Assembly (NCBI GenBank): GCA_951406725.2 | Contig: OX597821.1 | Coordinates: 16,926,001-16,990,000, forward strand | Origin: Octopus vulgaris | Lineage: Eukaryota | Direction of reading: 5' to 3' | Length of the DNA: 64,000 nt | In this document: positions 39,036 to 53,988 of the stretch, piece by piece | Numbering within the stretch: position 1 is the first letter of the stretch | How the letters are laid out: the number at the start of each line of letters is the position of its first letter | Made by a program: the position numbers and the translations under genes | Notes under the pieces: model-generated | What the model was told of the DNA's origin: nothing | What the model saw: the letters and a program-made list of their open reading frames with translations, nothing else | Database searches by the model: none

Positions 39036-39197
39036 GGCTCAGGCGTGACTATGTGATAAGAATCTTGCTTCCAAGCCATATGGTTCCGAGTTCAGTCCCA
39101 CTGCGTGCCACCTTGGGCAAGTGTCTTCTACTCTAGCCGCGGGCCGACCAAAACTCTGAGTGAATTTAGTAGATGGAAACTGAAAGATGCCCGTCGT
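39036..39197 (+). mobile_element. Family A SINE 5' part
   Basis: Matches the family A head; the 3' part appears at ~40780-40920, beyond nested insertions. Confidence 0.75.
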
Positions 39198-39211
39198 ATA
39201 TATATATATAT

Positions 39212-39498
39212 CACGTGATCACGTGACCGACCAGACCATCAGATGTTGTTACACATCGCTGGTCACAATGCGTTGTTTTAGCATTGTTTTAGCCGTCGAA
39301 TGACACCACCCCGCTGGCTAAGCGAACAGGCCAACAGAAGAAAGAGTGGGAGAAAGAGTGGTGAAAGAGTACAGCAAGGATCACCACCCCCTGTCGGAGC
39401 CTCGTGGAGCTTTTAGGTGTTTTCGCTCAGTAAACACTCACAACGCCCGGTCTGGGAATCGAAACCGCGAGTCCGCTGACCTAACCACTAGGCCATTG

Positions 39499-39503
<5 letters not shown>
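39212..39503 (-). mobile_element. tRNA-derived SINE (family C-like)
   Basis: ggcgcaatggcctagtggttagg...ggtttcgattcccagaccgggcg...gagcgaaaacacctaaaagctccacg; head similar to 52093. Confidence 0.75.
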
Positions 39504-39563
<60 letters not shown>

Positions 39564-39567
<4 letters not shown>

Positions 39568-40761
39568 ACGGTTTGGCTAAGTGCAGTTCTTGGTGACCCA
39601 CTTTGGAATGGTAGCGCCGGCACGTCTGGAAGAAAAGAGACAGTCCTTTGTTTGCTGGAAGAGTGATGGTTTTTGGAGGGACCTTTTTGGCCTTGTGCGG
39701 TCGATTAGGGGTCAGAGAGAGATGTGGGGAAGAATCTAGCAGTAGTGAGAAAAAGATAGAGTAAGGGCTGAGAGCAGATAGAGAGGATATTAGCAGTGAG
39801 AGAGGAGGACAGGCAGAGAGTATGGCAGAGCTGTCATGAGAGAATGACAGCAGCAGGCGATAAAGATAGAGTAAGGAATCTAAGAGCAGATGGAGAGGAT
39901 ATTGGCAGTGAGAGAGGATGAGGGGCAGAGGAGGACAGGCAGTTAGGGACCAGGGCAGATAGAGAGGGTAGAGACAGATGGAGATGAGGGTAGTGGGAAG
40001 GAGAGAGCAAGTGAGGTTTTGGGTAGTTGGTAGTCGGTCGTCAAGAAGGACAGACGGATCTTGGAAGTCAGGACAAGGAGTTGGAATCTTAGGAGCAAGC
40101 AGCTGGATTCAGGAGCTTGGCGAGCTGGAGTTGGCAGTATTGAGAGAGAGAGATGGAGTGCAGTATGGGACACTGGCGATTCAATTAGGAATTAAGGTAT
40201 TTGATTATGTATTGATACGTGTCACGGTGTAAAGAGACTGTGAAAAGAACAATGTGAATTGAGTCAAGGACTTGTCGATGTGACGATTATCGAGTTGTGG
40301 TATTTATGTTCAGAATTGTGTTGATATGTGTAGAAAAAGACTTTAAAGGAACTGTGAACGTTATCTGTTGATGTGATTTGGAAAAGAACTGTTGTCTTCG
40401 AACGTGTACCTTTGAAATACTGTATATGACTTGTTGTGTCGTTACCGGACTGTTATATTGTTACATGCATGTTTAAATGCTTTGATCTGTTGTATGATGT
40501 ATTGATTTGTGGTTTCTCTTAAATGCGTTGATGTATCTTGATGTTGTAACAATTGATTGTCATATAAACTGTTGTTAAATGTAAGCCAGTAGTGTTGCGT
40601 TTTGCCTCTGTATCTCTGTGCTGCTGCGGTTGTTGTTGTTGTGTATATCTCCTCTCTCTCCTCTCTCCGACGAGTTTCCGTAGCTTATTCGCTGCATCGA
40701 ACGGGCCTGTGTGAGGATTTCCGTAACAGTTCGAATCGGAGGTCCCACCCTTTGCGTAACA
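39564..40761. mobile_element. Probable solo LTR (~1.2 kb)
   Basis: TGTTACG...CGTAACA inverted termini; ATAT on both sides within (TA)n; internal ~115-bp duplication; no ORF. Confidence 0.7.
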
Positions 40762-40965
40762 ATATATATATATATGTGTGTGTGTGTGTCTGAGTCTGTG
40801 TTCTTGTGCCCCACCATCGCTTGACAAGAGATGTTCGTGCGTTTAGATCCCCGTAACAAAGATGGCGCTCCAGCTTGGCCGCAGTCAAATGACTGAAACA
40901 AATAAAAGAATAAAAGAAAGATGTACATATACATACATATATACATACATACATACATACATACA

Positions 40966-40999
<34 letters not shown>

Positions 41000-43317
41000 A
41001 ATGTATGTGTGTATGTATATATATAAATATATAGAGAGAGATGGGTGTATGGAGGGAGAGGGAGAAAGGGGCGAAATAAATACAGATGAAATGTGACAAA
41101 GTTATTTGGTCACTATATCATTAATTAAATTTATTACACATTTTAAAACCTCTGAAACCTATTCATAAAAACTGAATGGCTTATGAATAACACTACTTCT
41201 CAATGAATTATAATTTATATGCGCAGATTTTAGGACAACATTTCTATAGCTCGCGCTGAAGGAAATATGTAAACTCATTCACACAGGCAATGGTCCTCAG
41301 TCTGTTTCAACGACGAGTATCTAACTGAATCACCTGTTCGTTGAATTACCGTATAGATAATACTTCAGTGATGTGTATGCCCTTAATGAAGGATACACTA
41401 GGATACTCAGTTGGAGTGAGTGTAATACAATGCGACGAGTTAGGATCTTTAAATTATATGTAGAATTCATCCTAACAGCTTCCTTACCGTTTCCGCTTAA
41501 TCAGTGTCATTTACAAAGCTTTATCATTATACAACCAGAAAAGGCTTTAACGATGTGTTTCTTTTTTATTATCTGTAATACTGACTTTTGATAGAACTTT
41601 GTATAATGCCATCTTCTACAAAGCATAAAGGACTTTAGTCTTGTCTATGAAAGATAAATGTTGGACAGTTATCTGATGATACAGAATTCATATCGATTGT
41701 CTCTTGTCAAATTTAATAGCAATATACAGGATATGATGTATTGAATTTATACATGTTGGTTATATAAGCAACAATTTTAACGAAATTACATTTCTTCTAT
41801 TCGAAGATAATTTTTGCGTCCTAGCTTTTTTTCTTGTCTATAGTTTACAAGTAAGACATAGAGGTGACCTTAGACTGTGGATGACTGTACCGTAATTCCA
41901 AATCGCATAGGCATATTTAGTGAGATTTTTCAATAATATACAGACCACTAATGAATATGTCTCTGATTGCGATATGTAATGCCTGATTATGTGTACACCT
42001 GCACAACATTTTCTAAACAAACCAGGTATTCGAAGAATACGGTTACTTATTTCAGACTGGAGTATATATACAACAAACTCACAACTTAAGAAACTATCAG
42101 TATGTTTACCAAACCTATGATGTATACTGTTCGATATGTGAGTAGTAATGGACTGTCCGACGGGAGCACAGATGACAGTCTACTCTGTTTTAGCCGAAAA
42201 TTTCAATCATAGAGAAGATTTCATTTGATGTACATACACTGACTTCCATAATTTTTTTTTTTTTTTTTTTGCTTTGTCTCAAAAACTCCTCTCATTACTG
42301 TTAGACGAGTATACATTTCGTGCTAACTTAACCAATATTTTTCAATTAGACAAAACCATTTTTTCAGCAATGTACAAGCTACAAGATCCATATATGGTGT
42401 TCATTATACAGGTAACAGCAGTATCCTTTCATCAATCTAGCCCTTATGTAATCCGTTACAAATCTTCGGCAGATAGCTGATACACAGAGTCGCCTTCATT
42501 TTTCCTAGAAGATTTGATGTCAGTATTCTGGTATTATACTTATTCTTTCGGATAACTCCTCGAATTGTACAATACTAGTCGTTACCCGTTGCTATGCCGC
42601 TGGGTATTGACCAACTCAAGATGAAATAGATCCTTCGGCAAAAGCCTACTACAACTGTCACATTGACAGGTACAAGAAGAACCAGATTTTTTTTTTCTTG
42701 AAACAAATTTTAATTCTATCTTTTACACGCACTCTTTCTCTATCTCTCTCTCTCCGTCTTGCCTCACTCACCTTCTTTCCCCTCTTTCTCTCTCTGTCTC
42801 TCTCAGCCTCACTCTCTCTCCCTCTCTCTTTCTCTAACCGATGTTATGACGGACAGGCAAACGGATTTGTTCTGTTTAGCTCAGATCAATTTCAGTTACA
42901 GTAGCATACTTTTCTAGGTTTTGGTATTGCTACCGTATCTAGCAAATCAAACGTAACATTTATTTCTGTATCATTCTGTAATTTTCCTTGTATTTTCGTG
43001 AACTTGAAAATATAACGTATTTCATTATGACTGTATTGGAATCAAGTTGCTTCCTGTTTATCACTTACCTGAAGCATCCACTTCTAGAAGTGCAATTAAG
43101 AAGTAGATTATCAAAAGTATCATTAGCCACGCTACACCTTCTAAGCCAACTTGAGTTTCTAACTCTCCCCAAAGTACAATCGAAAGTACTGCGAACATAT
43201 GTCAATATTCCCTCTTTGCCTCTGTGTGTGTGTCTCTCTCTCGCCCTGTGTGTTTCTCCGTGTCTCTTCTCCCCTCCTAAACTCCTTATATACACACACA
43301 TACTTTTGTATGTACAG

Positions 43318-43405
<88 letters not shown>

Positions 43406-43970
43406 CAATTCATAAATAAGGGCAAACGAAAAAATTTCTAATACCAAATATGCCGAAAAATTGGACATATTGTCCATTGACCATATAATTCTTTCACAAT
43501 ACGCACGCTACTCGAAAAAAGGTGGACAGAAATTTCTAAAAAATTCCATTATTACCATATCGGACCGATTTCAGGGTTAGCTGATAACAGCCCTCCTGTG
43601 CTCATGACTTTGTGTTTGCTTCTTCCATGGGTATGAGTAAGTATCTCATTTATTTCTTTTGCCACATGTATCACTGACGAAGGGAAGGCTGTTATAAGCT
43701 AACTCTGAAATCGGTCCGATATGGTAATAATGGAATTTTTTAGAAATTTCTGTCCACCTTTTTTCGAGTAGTGTGCGTATTGGGAAAAAATTATATGGTC
43801 AATATGTCCAATTTTTCGGCATATTTGGCATTAGAAATTTTTTCGTTTGCCCTTATTTATGAATTGTTTATAATATTAACCTTTAAGGGTATTTTTTAAT
43901 ATGCTGGCCAGTGATAAAATTTTTGGGGGAAAAGAATTTTTTGGAAAAAAATTTTATCCTACATTAGATA
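43406..43970 (+). mobile_element. PLE-derived element (family 2) with inverted arm and HHR
   Basis: Arms ~43406-43592 / 43688-43867; related to 47195-47775. Confidence 0.8.
43668..43722 (+). ncRNA. Minimal type I hammerhead ribozyme
   Basis: gtatca-CTGACGA-aggg-aa-ggct-gttata-agct-aa-ctct-GAAA-tcgg-TC-cgatat; the first stem I pair is an A-C mismatch. Confidence 0.75.
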
Positions 43971-43984
43971 TATATATAATATTA

Positions 43985-44222
43985 TAATAAAAGGATAAAA
44001 TCAATAACAATTTTACCAGGTGGTCAGTGGGGAAATAAAAACCTCATCGGTAAATTTCACTAAATATTTTATAAGTATATACAAAATTATAACTAGGGAT
44101 CGGCTTTATGCCTCACCACGCACTGCAAGAAATAGACGCTAAAGTTCCTATTGCCACCTTAAAATCACCGAGAATAACATACTGTAGTGTAAAACCGATC
44201 CCTCGCTATACTTATGTATATA
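43985..44222 (-). mobile_element. Short PLE-derived terminus with small inverted tail
   Basis: Terminus resembles 6577 and 30555; imperfect inverted repeat ~44078-44112 / 44190-44220. Confidence 0.55.
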
Positions 44223-44267
44223 ATTACAAAACATTACATATATATATGTATATACATACATATACAT

Positions 44268-44303
<36 letters not shown>

Positions 44304-44580
44304 GTATGTATGTATATACAGCTATATATATATATATATGTGTGTTTGTATGTGACTGTGTGTATGATTCTGTATGTGTGCGTGTATGTGTTTGCATTTA
44401 TGTATGCATCTATGAATATATATGTATAAGCACTGATTCAAGTAACTAAAGGTAATAATCTGCAATGGCAACCACAAAAAGTATTATCGCTAAATTTTAC
44501 CCACTTAACCCACTTAATATACAGAAACCCACCATCATTGTTTTGATGCTTCGTGAATCTTGATCAGCAATATGGCGTAA

Positions 44581-44625
<45 letters not shown>

Positions 44626-45225
44626 ATATTTCTGTAGAAAAACTTACACATACATTTGCAATTACACGCATAGTTGTGTGTGTGTGTATATATTAATTAT
44701 ATATATCTAACTGTATATCTGTGCAGACGTATTCGTATACACATTTTAGAAAATTAAGAACGATCATAAAAGGATGTTTTATTTCATAATATTACATTGT
44801 CTCCGCGTTACACAACATAAAATAACTCACATTTTTGTTATATAAATCCACCACGTCTTAATACACGTCTTAAGAATTCTCTTCTTATGTAGAAAACATT
44901 TTTTTTTCAATCTCTTTATGTATTTTGTCACACATGAATAAATATGATTGGGAAACATTAGGAAGAATATAAAGCGAAAAAGACATCTGCAAAGAGTTAG
45001 GTGAGGATTCTCTTGGCAATATCAATACATTGGAAGTATATTTGATAATAAAAGGGAAAACAAGAAATTAATGAAACGTATGAACGAATATATATTAATT
45101 TAGAAGAAAAATATACAATCATATAATCTAAAAGTTTATTTATTATTAAAAATTGTCGTAAACTACATGGTATGAAAAGGATAAATAACGAAGTGTGCAT
45201 ATATATAAATACATAGACACACACA

Positions 45226-45266
<41 letters not shown>

Positions 45267-45286
45267 TCAGACGCACACACACATAT

Positions 45287-45365
<79 letters not shown>

Positions 45366-45635
45366 CACAGACAGACAGATAGACAGATAGACAGACAGAC
45401 AAACAGTCTGTCAAACAGTCAGATAGAGACATACATACGTGCATGATGTACACACATACATTGTATGTCATACACAAGTGCATAAACATATGTATGACTA
45501 TATACACGCAGATATACATATATATGGTGGTGATTTAATACCATAAAATTTTACTCAGAAGAATTGACGGAAAACTAAACGAAACATTACGTTATGCATA
45601 TAGATGCATCACCACAAACATATGTGTATGTGTTC

Positions 45636-45739
<104 letters not shown>

Positions 45740-45833
45740 GCATATATATATACATATATTTACATATATAGACATACATACATATATATATATGTATATA
45801 TATAATATACATATATATGTGTGTGTATATATA

Positions 45834-45909
<76 letters not shown>

Positions 45910-47160
45910 ATACCTACACATAGCTACATTAACTACTTTGTACATCTCGATATTTCATATAAGGTTACTTTCTCTATTGTATAATTATAATAAATTTGAA
46001 GATAAACTACAACGATATATGTGAGTGTATATGTGTGGGTGTGTGTGTGTGTATAATTCAAATATACATACATTCATGCATGTATACAGACATACATTCA
46101 TACATGCATACATAAATACACACATATCTACGTACATATATATGTAAGTAGAGAAAGTACAGTTATCGCTTCTCGATGTATTTCTCCACTAAGTGTTTCA
46201 TATTAGCCAGGATCAGTGTGGGTGTTTGCATTAGCATTGTCTATGTCATCTCTACAATTTGTTTTTGCTGATAATGTGATAATGAAGGGCATCTTGAAGG
46301 CAGTTTTCAATGCATGATATGCAGAACACCTAAGAAATAGTTACGGATTTTCCTCTCAGAAGTCCTTAATGGGTGACATTTCTGTACTGTCTATGTGAGA
46401 AAACTTGAATGGGAGCATGCTGAAATGAAGCAGGATTCATATCAGAATGATCTTGAAACGAAAGAAAACACGCAGTCTCTCTCTCTCTAATAAAAGTAAA
46501 ATAGAATTTAACGTTTCGTTCCCTGTATTGGTCATCCCATTTAAGTGGTCAGGGGCCTTGGAATACGTCAGTAGTGAGACACTGATTGGGAATTTTCTGA
46601 CGAATGTGGGACCACAACTTTACCACCATTGTACCCAGGTCTATTCTTACCCAGGACTTCAGTTATAGCTTAAATAGCATATAAAGGCTTACCTACATAT
46701 ACATGGAAAGACTAGATTTGGCGGTCCCTGTGTATAAAACCTTTGTGGTCCAACGGAAGGGGAGGCAGCGGCAGCAACCCGTGGTGGAGTGGAGAAAGCA
46801 AGATGAGACAAGTAAGGTTTTCTCGTCATACACCGCATCTGTTGCCCTCCCCAGTTTTCTTAGCTCTCCATAGAAGACGGTCATGGATTTGAGTCTGAGG
46901 TTCGCAGTGAACAGCTCTTCATCGCTTTAAACAAGGTCAACGTGCGCGTCAGCAGTTATAATGATATAAAAGTACGAATTTCGCTGCATCTTACAAAATC
47001 TTTGAATGGCGAATATGAAGATATATCATGGAAGAATGCTTTTTTTCTGATGGCAGTTATGCAGCTTCCATACAAATTCAGCTCCTAAGAAGAAAACCAA
47101 AGCCAGAGATTGATATCTTGGAAATATATATGAAATCATCTATACGTAATTACTCTAACA

Positions 47161-47194
<34 letters not shown>

Positions 47195-47196
<2 letters not shown>

Positions 47197-47769
47197 AATT
47201 GATATAGGATAAACATTTTTTTAGGCAAAAAGATTTTATCAATGGCCAGCATATCAAAAAATGCCTTTAAAGGTAAAATTTATACATAATTTACAAGATA
47301 AGGGCAGAAGAAAAATTCTAATGCCAAATACGCCGAAACAAAAAAATTGTCGATAACCATTAAATTTATGCGTCTCGAAACAAACCGATAGAAATCTCTA
47401 AAAAATTCTTTATTACCATATTGGTCCAATTTTGGGGTTAATTCACAAGAAATTTTCCCCTCTTCAGCGGCACATACGCGAGATATAAATGAAGTACTTA
47501 TTCATACCCACGGAAGAAGCAAGCACCAAGCCCCGAGCAGACTTAAGTACCCCAAATATATCCAACTAGAAAAATCTTAGGCGCACCTCGAGACGTGTGA
47601 TTCGAACTAGAAACTTTCACAGAGTGATAGAATCCGGAAGTGAAACACTAATCTATTTATAATTGATATAGGATAAAAAAAAATTTTTTTTCGGGAATTT
47701 AATGGTTATCGACAATTTTTGGGTTTCGGCGTATCTGGCATTAGAATTTTTCTTCTGCCCTTATCTTGT

Positions 47770-47775
<6 letters not shown>
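47195..47775 (-). mobile_element. PLE-derived element (family 2): 464-bp unit, partial repeat, inverted arm, decayed HHR
   Basis: ataattgatataggataaa at 47195 and 47659; 47694-47775 is the reverse complement of ~47287-47368; CUGAAGA-gggg...cccc-AAAA-uugg-AC at ~47418-47472. Confidence 0.8.
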
Positions 47776-47809
<34 letters not shown>

Positions 47810-47811
<2 letters not shown>

Positions 47812-48801
47812 AATTGAGATAGGGGTTGTAAATTCAACCCTCCATGGGATAACATATATCCAATATACTGCTAGGGAAGTACCCAACAAAGTTAATACAT
47901 AAATGTTAAGGATTGCGATGCAATCAATTCATTTACTGTATTATATGGGCAAAGGTAAAATGATTTACCACAAATTACTAATACAAGATAAGAAAATGGA
48001 GAAATACATCTAAATCAAATATCAATTACCAGATAATACTCAATCACATACTTTATTAAACCACCACATAAGAGACTGTAGGGTTAAACATAAAAAAAGC
48101 AGAATAAATCAGTGTACATAAAGGAATGTACATAAAAAAGTGTACATAAAAGAGTAATGTTGTATAATAAGTAGGAAATATATAAAAAAGAGAATATAAA
48201 TATAAGTAAACTAGCAGTATCGCCCGGCGTTGCTCGGGTTTGTAAGGGAAATAACTATATAAGCATTTTTAGAGTGTTACTTCCCTTATAGATGCCAATT
48301 CGGGCTTTCTTAGCCATTTGTGTTTTGGTGTCTTCAAGCCATGAAGTCGTTGTTCTAAAAGAACGCTGGTCTCCTTGACAACGCTTTACGACGTTGATTT
48401 CCTTACATTCCCTTCCCCACAGCTTCACGAGGGAGGGAAGAAGGGGGAGAAGCAAACAGGTGCAGGTGTGACCATGGACGCCAACTCCGCCGCCATCGAC
48501 ACACGAAAAATTATGCATTAAAATGGAATAAAAAATGATGTTAAATTATTTTTAAAATCGTAGACTCATCGTAGACGCGCGCTAATACTCAGACGGGCTC
48601 GATATGAATCACGACTATAAGATACCCGAATTTGGTTAAACTGCACCGCAAAATGTGGGAGTAGTTAGGAATCTAAATCGAAGGGGACAGACACTCACAC
48701 AACTACAGTTTTATATATATAGATATAAATATAAGTATAGATTATATCTTACAGCTGTTTCGGCAATGCAGATAAGTATTCTCATTTTACCAATATTAGC
48801 C
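47810..48801 (-). mobile_element. Family 1 PLE-derived element, truncated inside HHR stem II and interrupted by a Helitron
   Basis: 47810-48200 matches family 1 termini; 48724-48801 carries gcc-GAAA-CAGCTG-TA on the minus strand. Confidence 0.8.
48211..48723 (-). mobile_element. Non-autonomous Helitron (513 bp)
   Basis: Minus strand A|TCTATATATATAAAAC...cccgagcaacgccggg-cgatactg-CTAG|T: canonical TC/CTAG ends, subterminal hairpin and AT target. Confidence 0.9.
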
Positions 48802-48865
<64 letters not shown>

Positions 48866-49749
48866 GATTTATATATATATATATATATATATATATGACT
48901 GTGTGTGTATGTATGTGTTTGTACACATGGATGAATACAGATATACAGATATATAACTCATATATGTTATATATCTATTTATTCACTAATATATTCAGGG
49001 TACAGTTGTATTTATGATTGTGTTTGTGCGTGCGTGCGTGTGTGTGTGTGTTTGTGTGTGTGTGCGGTATGCGTATGCGTGAGTGCGTGCTTATTAAGCA
49101 AATGACGTCCGAAACCGGCCTCAAATGTACCCCCAAAGAAAAACTAAGGAGTGTAGGTATTTCCCACGTAGCGGAGATACTTTTCCACAACTTGCAACTG
49201 TCGTTAATTTCAATTGCTGTAACGTCGTAACTTGAGACCTAATTTTCACTGACTGACATCTTAGTATGAAATGAAAAACCAAGAAGATCAATGAAACACG
49301 ATTCCCTTTAAAAAGCGTTTAAGGTTTTCGGAAACGTTGTGCCTCAGTAATGCGGTGTATGTCTGTTGTGCCTCAGTAATGCGATATATGTCAATTGTGT
49401 CGGTTGTTTTTGACATTAATCATAGCAGCGATTGCCAGTTGGAATATTGAGTACTGTCATTAAATATCCCACTATGTGTTTATATGTGTGTGTGTGTGTG
49501 CCATATGTGTATGCGTACGTGTTTTCCTTTATAATTTTGTACAACGCAGCTTCGTGACTTGTGCCGGTCTTTTTTACTCACCGTAATTATAGGCTTCGGA
49601 ACGAACTCAAAGGATAAATATCAGACTTGTTTGACCAAACACTCCAACGCAGTGCACCAGTGTTCAAACAAAGAAAATCATAAAAGAATATGCGTGTGTG
49701 TGTACGTATATATATATAAGTGTATATATATATATATATATATATATAA

Positions 49750-49850
<101 letters not shown>

Positions 49851-49854
49851 CACA

Positions 49855-50103
49855 TATAAATTTTAAAATAGGATAAAATCTTCATAAGAAATTATCAAGT
49901 AGTTAGCGTGATAAACATCGTAAGGAAAAAAATCTGTTAATTTTTTCAACTTGAAAATATTTTTTTTATATTATATAGAGGGCACTTTTACACATAAATG
50001 CCGCACGCTAGGAGGGACTTTTAAAGTCAAAACTACCAAAATAAACAAATTGTACCGAATGCAATCTTCGAAGCGAGTCATTTAAAAACAGAATTTGGTT
50101 GCC
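49855..50103 (-). mobile_element. Short PLE-derived-like terminus
   Basis: taggataaaat...atcaagtagttagcg resembles the termini at 30555, 43985 and 47195; lies between microsatellites. Confidence 0.45.
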
Positions 50104-50185
50104 TATATACACAAAGTTATATGTGTGTATATATATACACACACAGATATATATATATAGAGAGAGACACATATTTATATATATA

Positions 50186-50232
<47 letters not shown>

Positions 50233-52092
50233 GGTCCAACGGAAGGGGACGCGGCGGCAGCACCTCGTGGTGGAGTGGAGAAAGCAAGATGAGACAAGTA
50301 AGCTTATACATATGTATATATTTATCAAATATATATATATATATTTATACACACATATACACACATACATTCATACACACATATACATATAAATACATAC
50401 ATATATACATACATGCACACATGTATGCATAAATAAATACATGCAAGTAACCATATATTCATCCATCCATCCAAACACGCATACATGATCGTAAAAATAT
50501 GTGTTTGTTTCTCTCTTATTCTATTTGACTGTATATCTGTTTGCTTTAAGAGTATTTTTTTAGAATTTACGTATATTTGTATCTGTATATCAACATATAT
50601 GCATGTGCATTCACATAAGGAAGTGAAATGTAAACGAAATCCAGCACAGTAGACGAATAGCTTCCAAGGTATTGACAATTTGATTATAACTTGCAAGGTT
50701 TCTTCTTTAAACCGTTTTACGATAGCACAATCGTTTTACTCATTGGCTGAGACCAAATGTTATATTTATTTGCTTTATTTGCTCTCGTCTATGTAATTTA
50801 GTTTGAGAATATATTATGACCCGATATAATGAGCTTTAATGACCCATTATTAATATTTCTCATTCACCAAATCTTTTTTTTTTTTCGTCTTCCTCGGTAT
50901 CTGTATCAATAATGGATGCCTGTCTGGTGCAAATCATGACATATAAAGGGTTCGTATATTGATATAAGTTTACTCTGCCAGTTTAATTCTGATCATTTCT
51001 AACGAAAGAAAAATAATCACTTTAAAAGAAAGAAAAATGCATTAGCCAAAAATTTGTTGAAGCCAACTAAGATTAACGTCAATTATGTAATTATGTGAGT
51101 TACTCTGCTACAAAGTTATGGTGTTAAATATAATTATATGTCTCGTGAGGCCATTTAATGCCACTGAATTATGGAATGATGAATGTTTAAGGGTGATGTT
51201 TAATTACAGGAACTAAGAAAAAAGAAGTAAATCTGATAGTTTAACTTCACTCTGTTCTTCAGCATTGCACCTAATTGCTTGTGATGATCATATACCTCTG
51301 GCTTGTATGCGTATCTTTGTGCGAAGACGTTATATGTGAGTGAGGATGTGACTAAGAATGTTTATGTAAGGATGCTTATCGTTATTGGTATTGAGTCCTA
51401 GCACGAGAGGAAGTACCCATAGCCTGCAGCCATTTCAGTTCTTTTTACACTATGGTGTTCCATGAAGTTCAGGTTACGCTGGAACTTCTACAGGCGAAAG
51501 GGATGGACTGTGAGAAATTTTCTGTGAGATACTTTTCTGGGATACAGGATTCCGAAAGTGTGTTATATGGTGTTGCTGGGTATCAAGTGGATGAGAAGCA
51601 GCAGAGATAAACGTAGGATTGCGTTTTAGTACTGTATCTAAGCTCCCACGTCCACCTCGGAGGAGATTTTAAGGCTAAAATAATAAAGATCATCTGGTTT
51701 GAAATTACAGAGTTGCTTGCATAAGATCGTAGAATGTTGGCGTAATCTAAATAGAAGTGGGAGTTGACATATGAGATGGATTAAACATTTTCGATGAAGA
51801 AGGAAATGTGAAAATGAATCTGTAAACTCAGGTCATTGACAGAATGTTACGTGAAGAATGTAACTTCGACTCACACTGAGAGACTGCTGTCAAAGGGAAA
51901 ATATTTAACGCAATGGAAACTTTTTTAGCTTTTATTGTAGACCTCGGAAGTAAAAAGCCAGAGGTGCCTTATGAAAGTTGTTCTGTTGAAGTAACTCCTT
52001 GGTAGTTACTACGTCAGTTATTCTGGAATACGACTCGATGTTACAAACTTGCTTAATCGTATAGAGATTACACAAGTTCAAATACATTTAGT

Positions 52093-52390
52093 GGAGGCAC
52101 ATGGCCTAGTGGTTAGAGCAGCGGACTTGCGGTCGAGGGATCGCGAGTTCGAATATCAGACCAGGCGATGTGTGTGTTTATGAGCGAAACACCTAAGCTC
52201 CACGCGGCTCCGGCAGAAGGTAGTGGCAAACTTTTGGTTACTCTTTCGCCACGACTTTCTCTCACTCTTTCCTCCTGCATCTTGCAGCTCGCCTGTGACG
52301 GACCGGCGTCCCGTCCAGGTGGGGAACCTATACGCCAAGGAAACCGGGAACCGGCCTTTATGAGCCAGGCATGGCTCGAGAAGGAACAAA
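52093..52390 (+). mobile_element. Full-length tRNA-derived SINE (family C)
   Basis: tggcctagtggttag A box, gagttcgaat B box; 13-bp TSD caaatacatttag. Confidence 0.88.
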
Positions 52391-53156
52391 CAAATACATT
52401 TAGAGAATTCATTTGTATTCAAGTATAGTGAAGTAGAGTAAAAGGAAACGGTCAGTGTGGGAAATATTTACTATGTATGTGTAATATTGATTTGTTCATA
52501 ATGTATGCACAGAATATGGTTTAGGATTCGAAAATTTGGTAGAAAACATCTCGGCAGAAAACAAAGCAACTAGGTGTGAGAACGTGGAAGCTGCACAATG
52601 AATGAAAAAATCTACTCAACATGTGTGAAAATAATCATAGTCAAACTTTAGGTCACACATTGAGACGTGGTCCGATTCCAGTATAATGTAGCAGTATCGG
52701 TTTTAATTTTAGTTTGGCAGTTAAGTTTATACAAAATGTTATGAAATATTAGTTATTCTCCCCTTACTAGTGTTCTTGTTGCTACATTTCCGCTTTGGAG
52801 TTGCAATGGCGTGCTTTATAAAGCACTGGGACACATATTCCGCGCAATCCATTACTTTGTCATGTATTTCTGAATTAAAGTTCCTGATGTTAATAAAGTA
52901 TACACCAACTGTACAAGGGAAATGAGGAAACATTAAATATTATTTATTTTATTTTATATATGAAAGGAAGTTCTGCTTTAGAAATATATTGTCAATGATT
53001 ACAAATTTGTTTCATAGTGAAAAGGTTGTATTTGTTAGTTGAGTATAGTATTTCCACTGCTAATGAAAACATCTACGGATATTAAAATACGTGACATGAC
53101 TTGAAAGGGGTTGTAACTACATGAGCTGGTTATAATTGATGAAGTTACTTTGTCGC

Positions 53157-53227
<71 letters not shown>

Positions 53228-53849
53228 GCTATTTTTATAATTGCCCAATTATATACATGTTTCAAATTTGTTCATCGTTCAATTATAAAAGAGTCTTCTC
53301 ACATAGTCACGAAAAAAAAAAGATTTTCTCTCTGAAAATGAATTAACTAAAAACTTCCTACTATAGTTGCTACTGCCGTGGTAGTATACTATCTATTAAC
53401 TTTTTGCAATTGACACTATTTTTTTTTGTTAGATTTTACTGAGAACATACCATTTTGTGTAATAGTAAAAATTGTACCGAAGCCTTCGTGTTTTCGGTCA
53501 TTAGAAAAGGAACTACTTTACTGACACGCAGCTGTTTTAGACTTGATATATCTGGAACTAAGAGAGTTTAAAGTTCTTAAGTATAGATGTAATGGGATCA
53601 ATGGAGTTAATGCATTAACCAAAATACTTTCCTAAACATATTCGGACAAAATATCACGAACATGGTTAAACGTAAATTTACAAACAACACACAAGGAAAC
53701 ACAAATCTTTGTATGCAACTATCCGCAAAATATCCGCATATGCATACACATGCAATCAGAATTGTCCATACATAAATTCACACGCACACATATACACACA
53801 CACACATACACACACATACACACACACAAACACATACACACACACATAT

Positions 53850-53912
<63 letters not shown>

Positions 53913-53939
53913 CATATATATATATGTGTGTGTGCGTAT

Positions 53940-53988
<49 letters not shown>

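Noticed and set aside
52093-52170. tRNA gene-like sequence (also 36702, 39440-39503, 55731)
   Set aside because: These are SINE heads continuing into SINE bodies, with TSDs where full length, and lack a complete cloverleaf.
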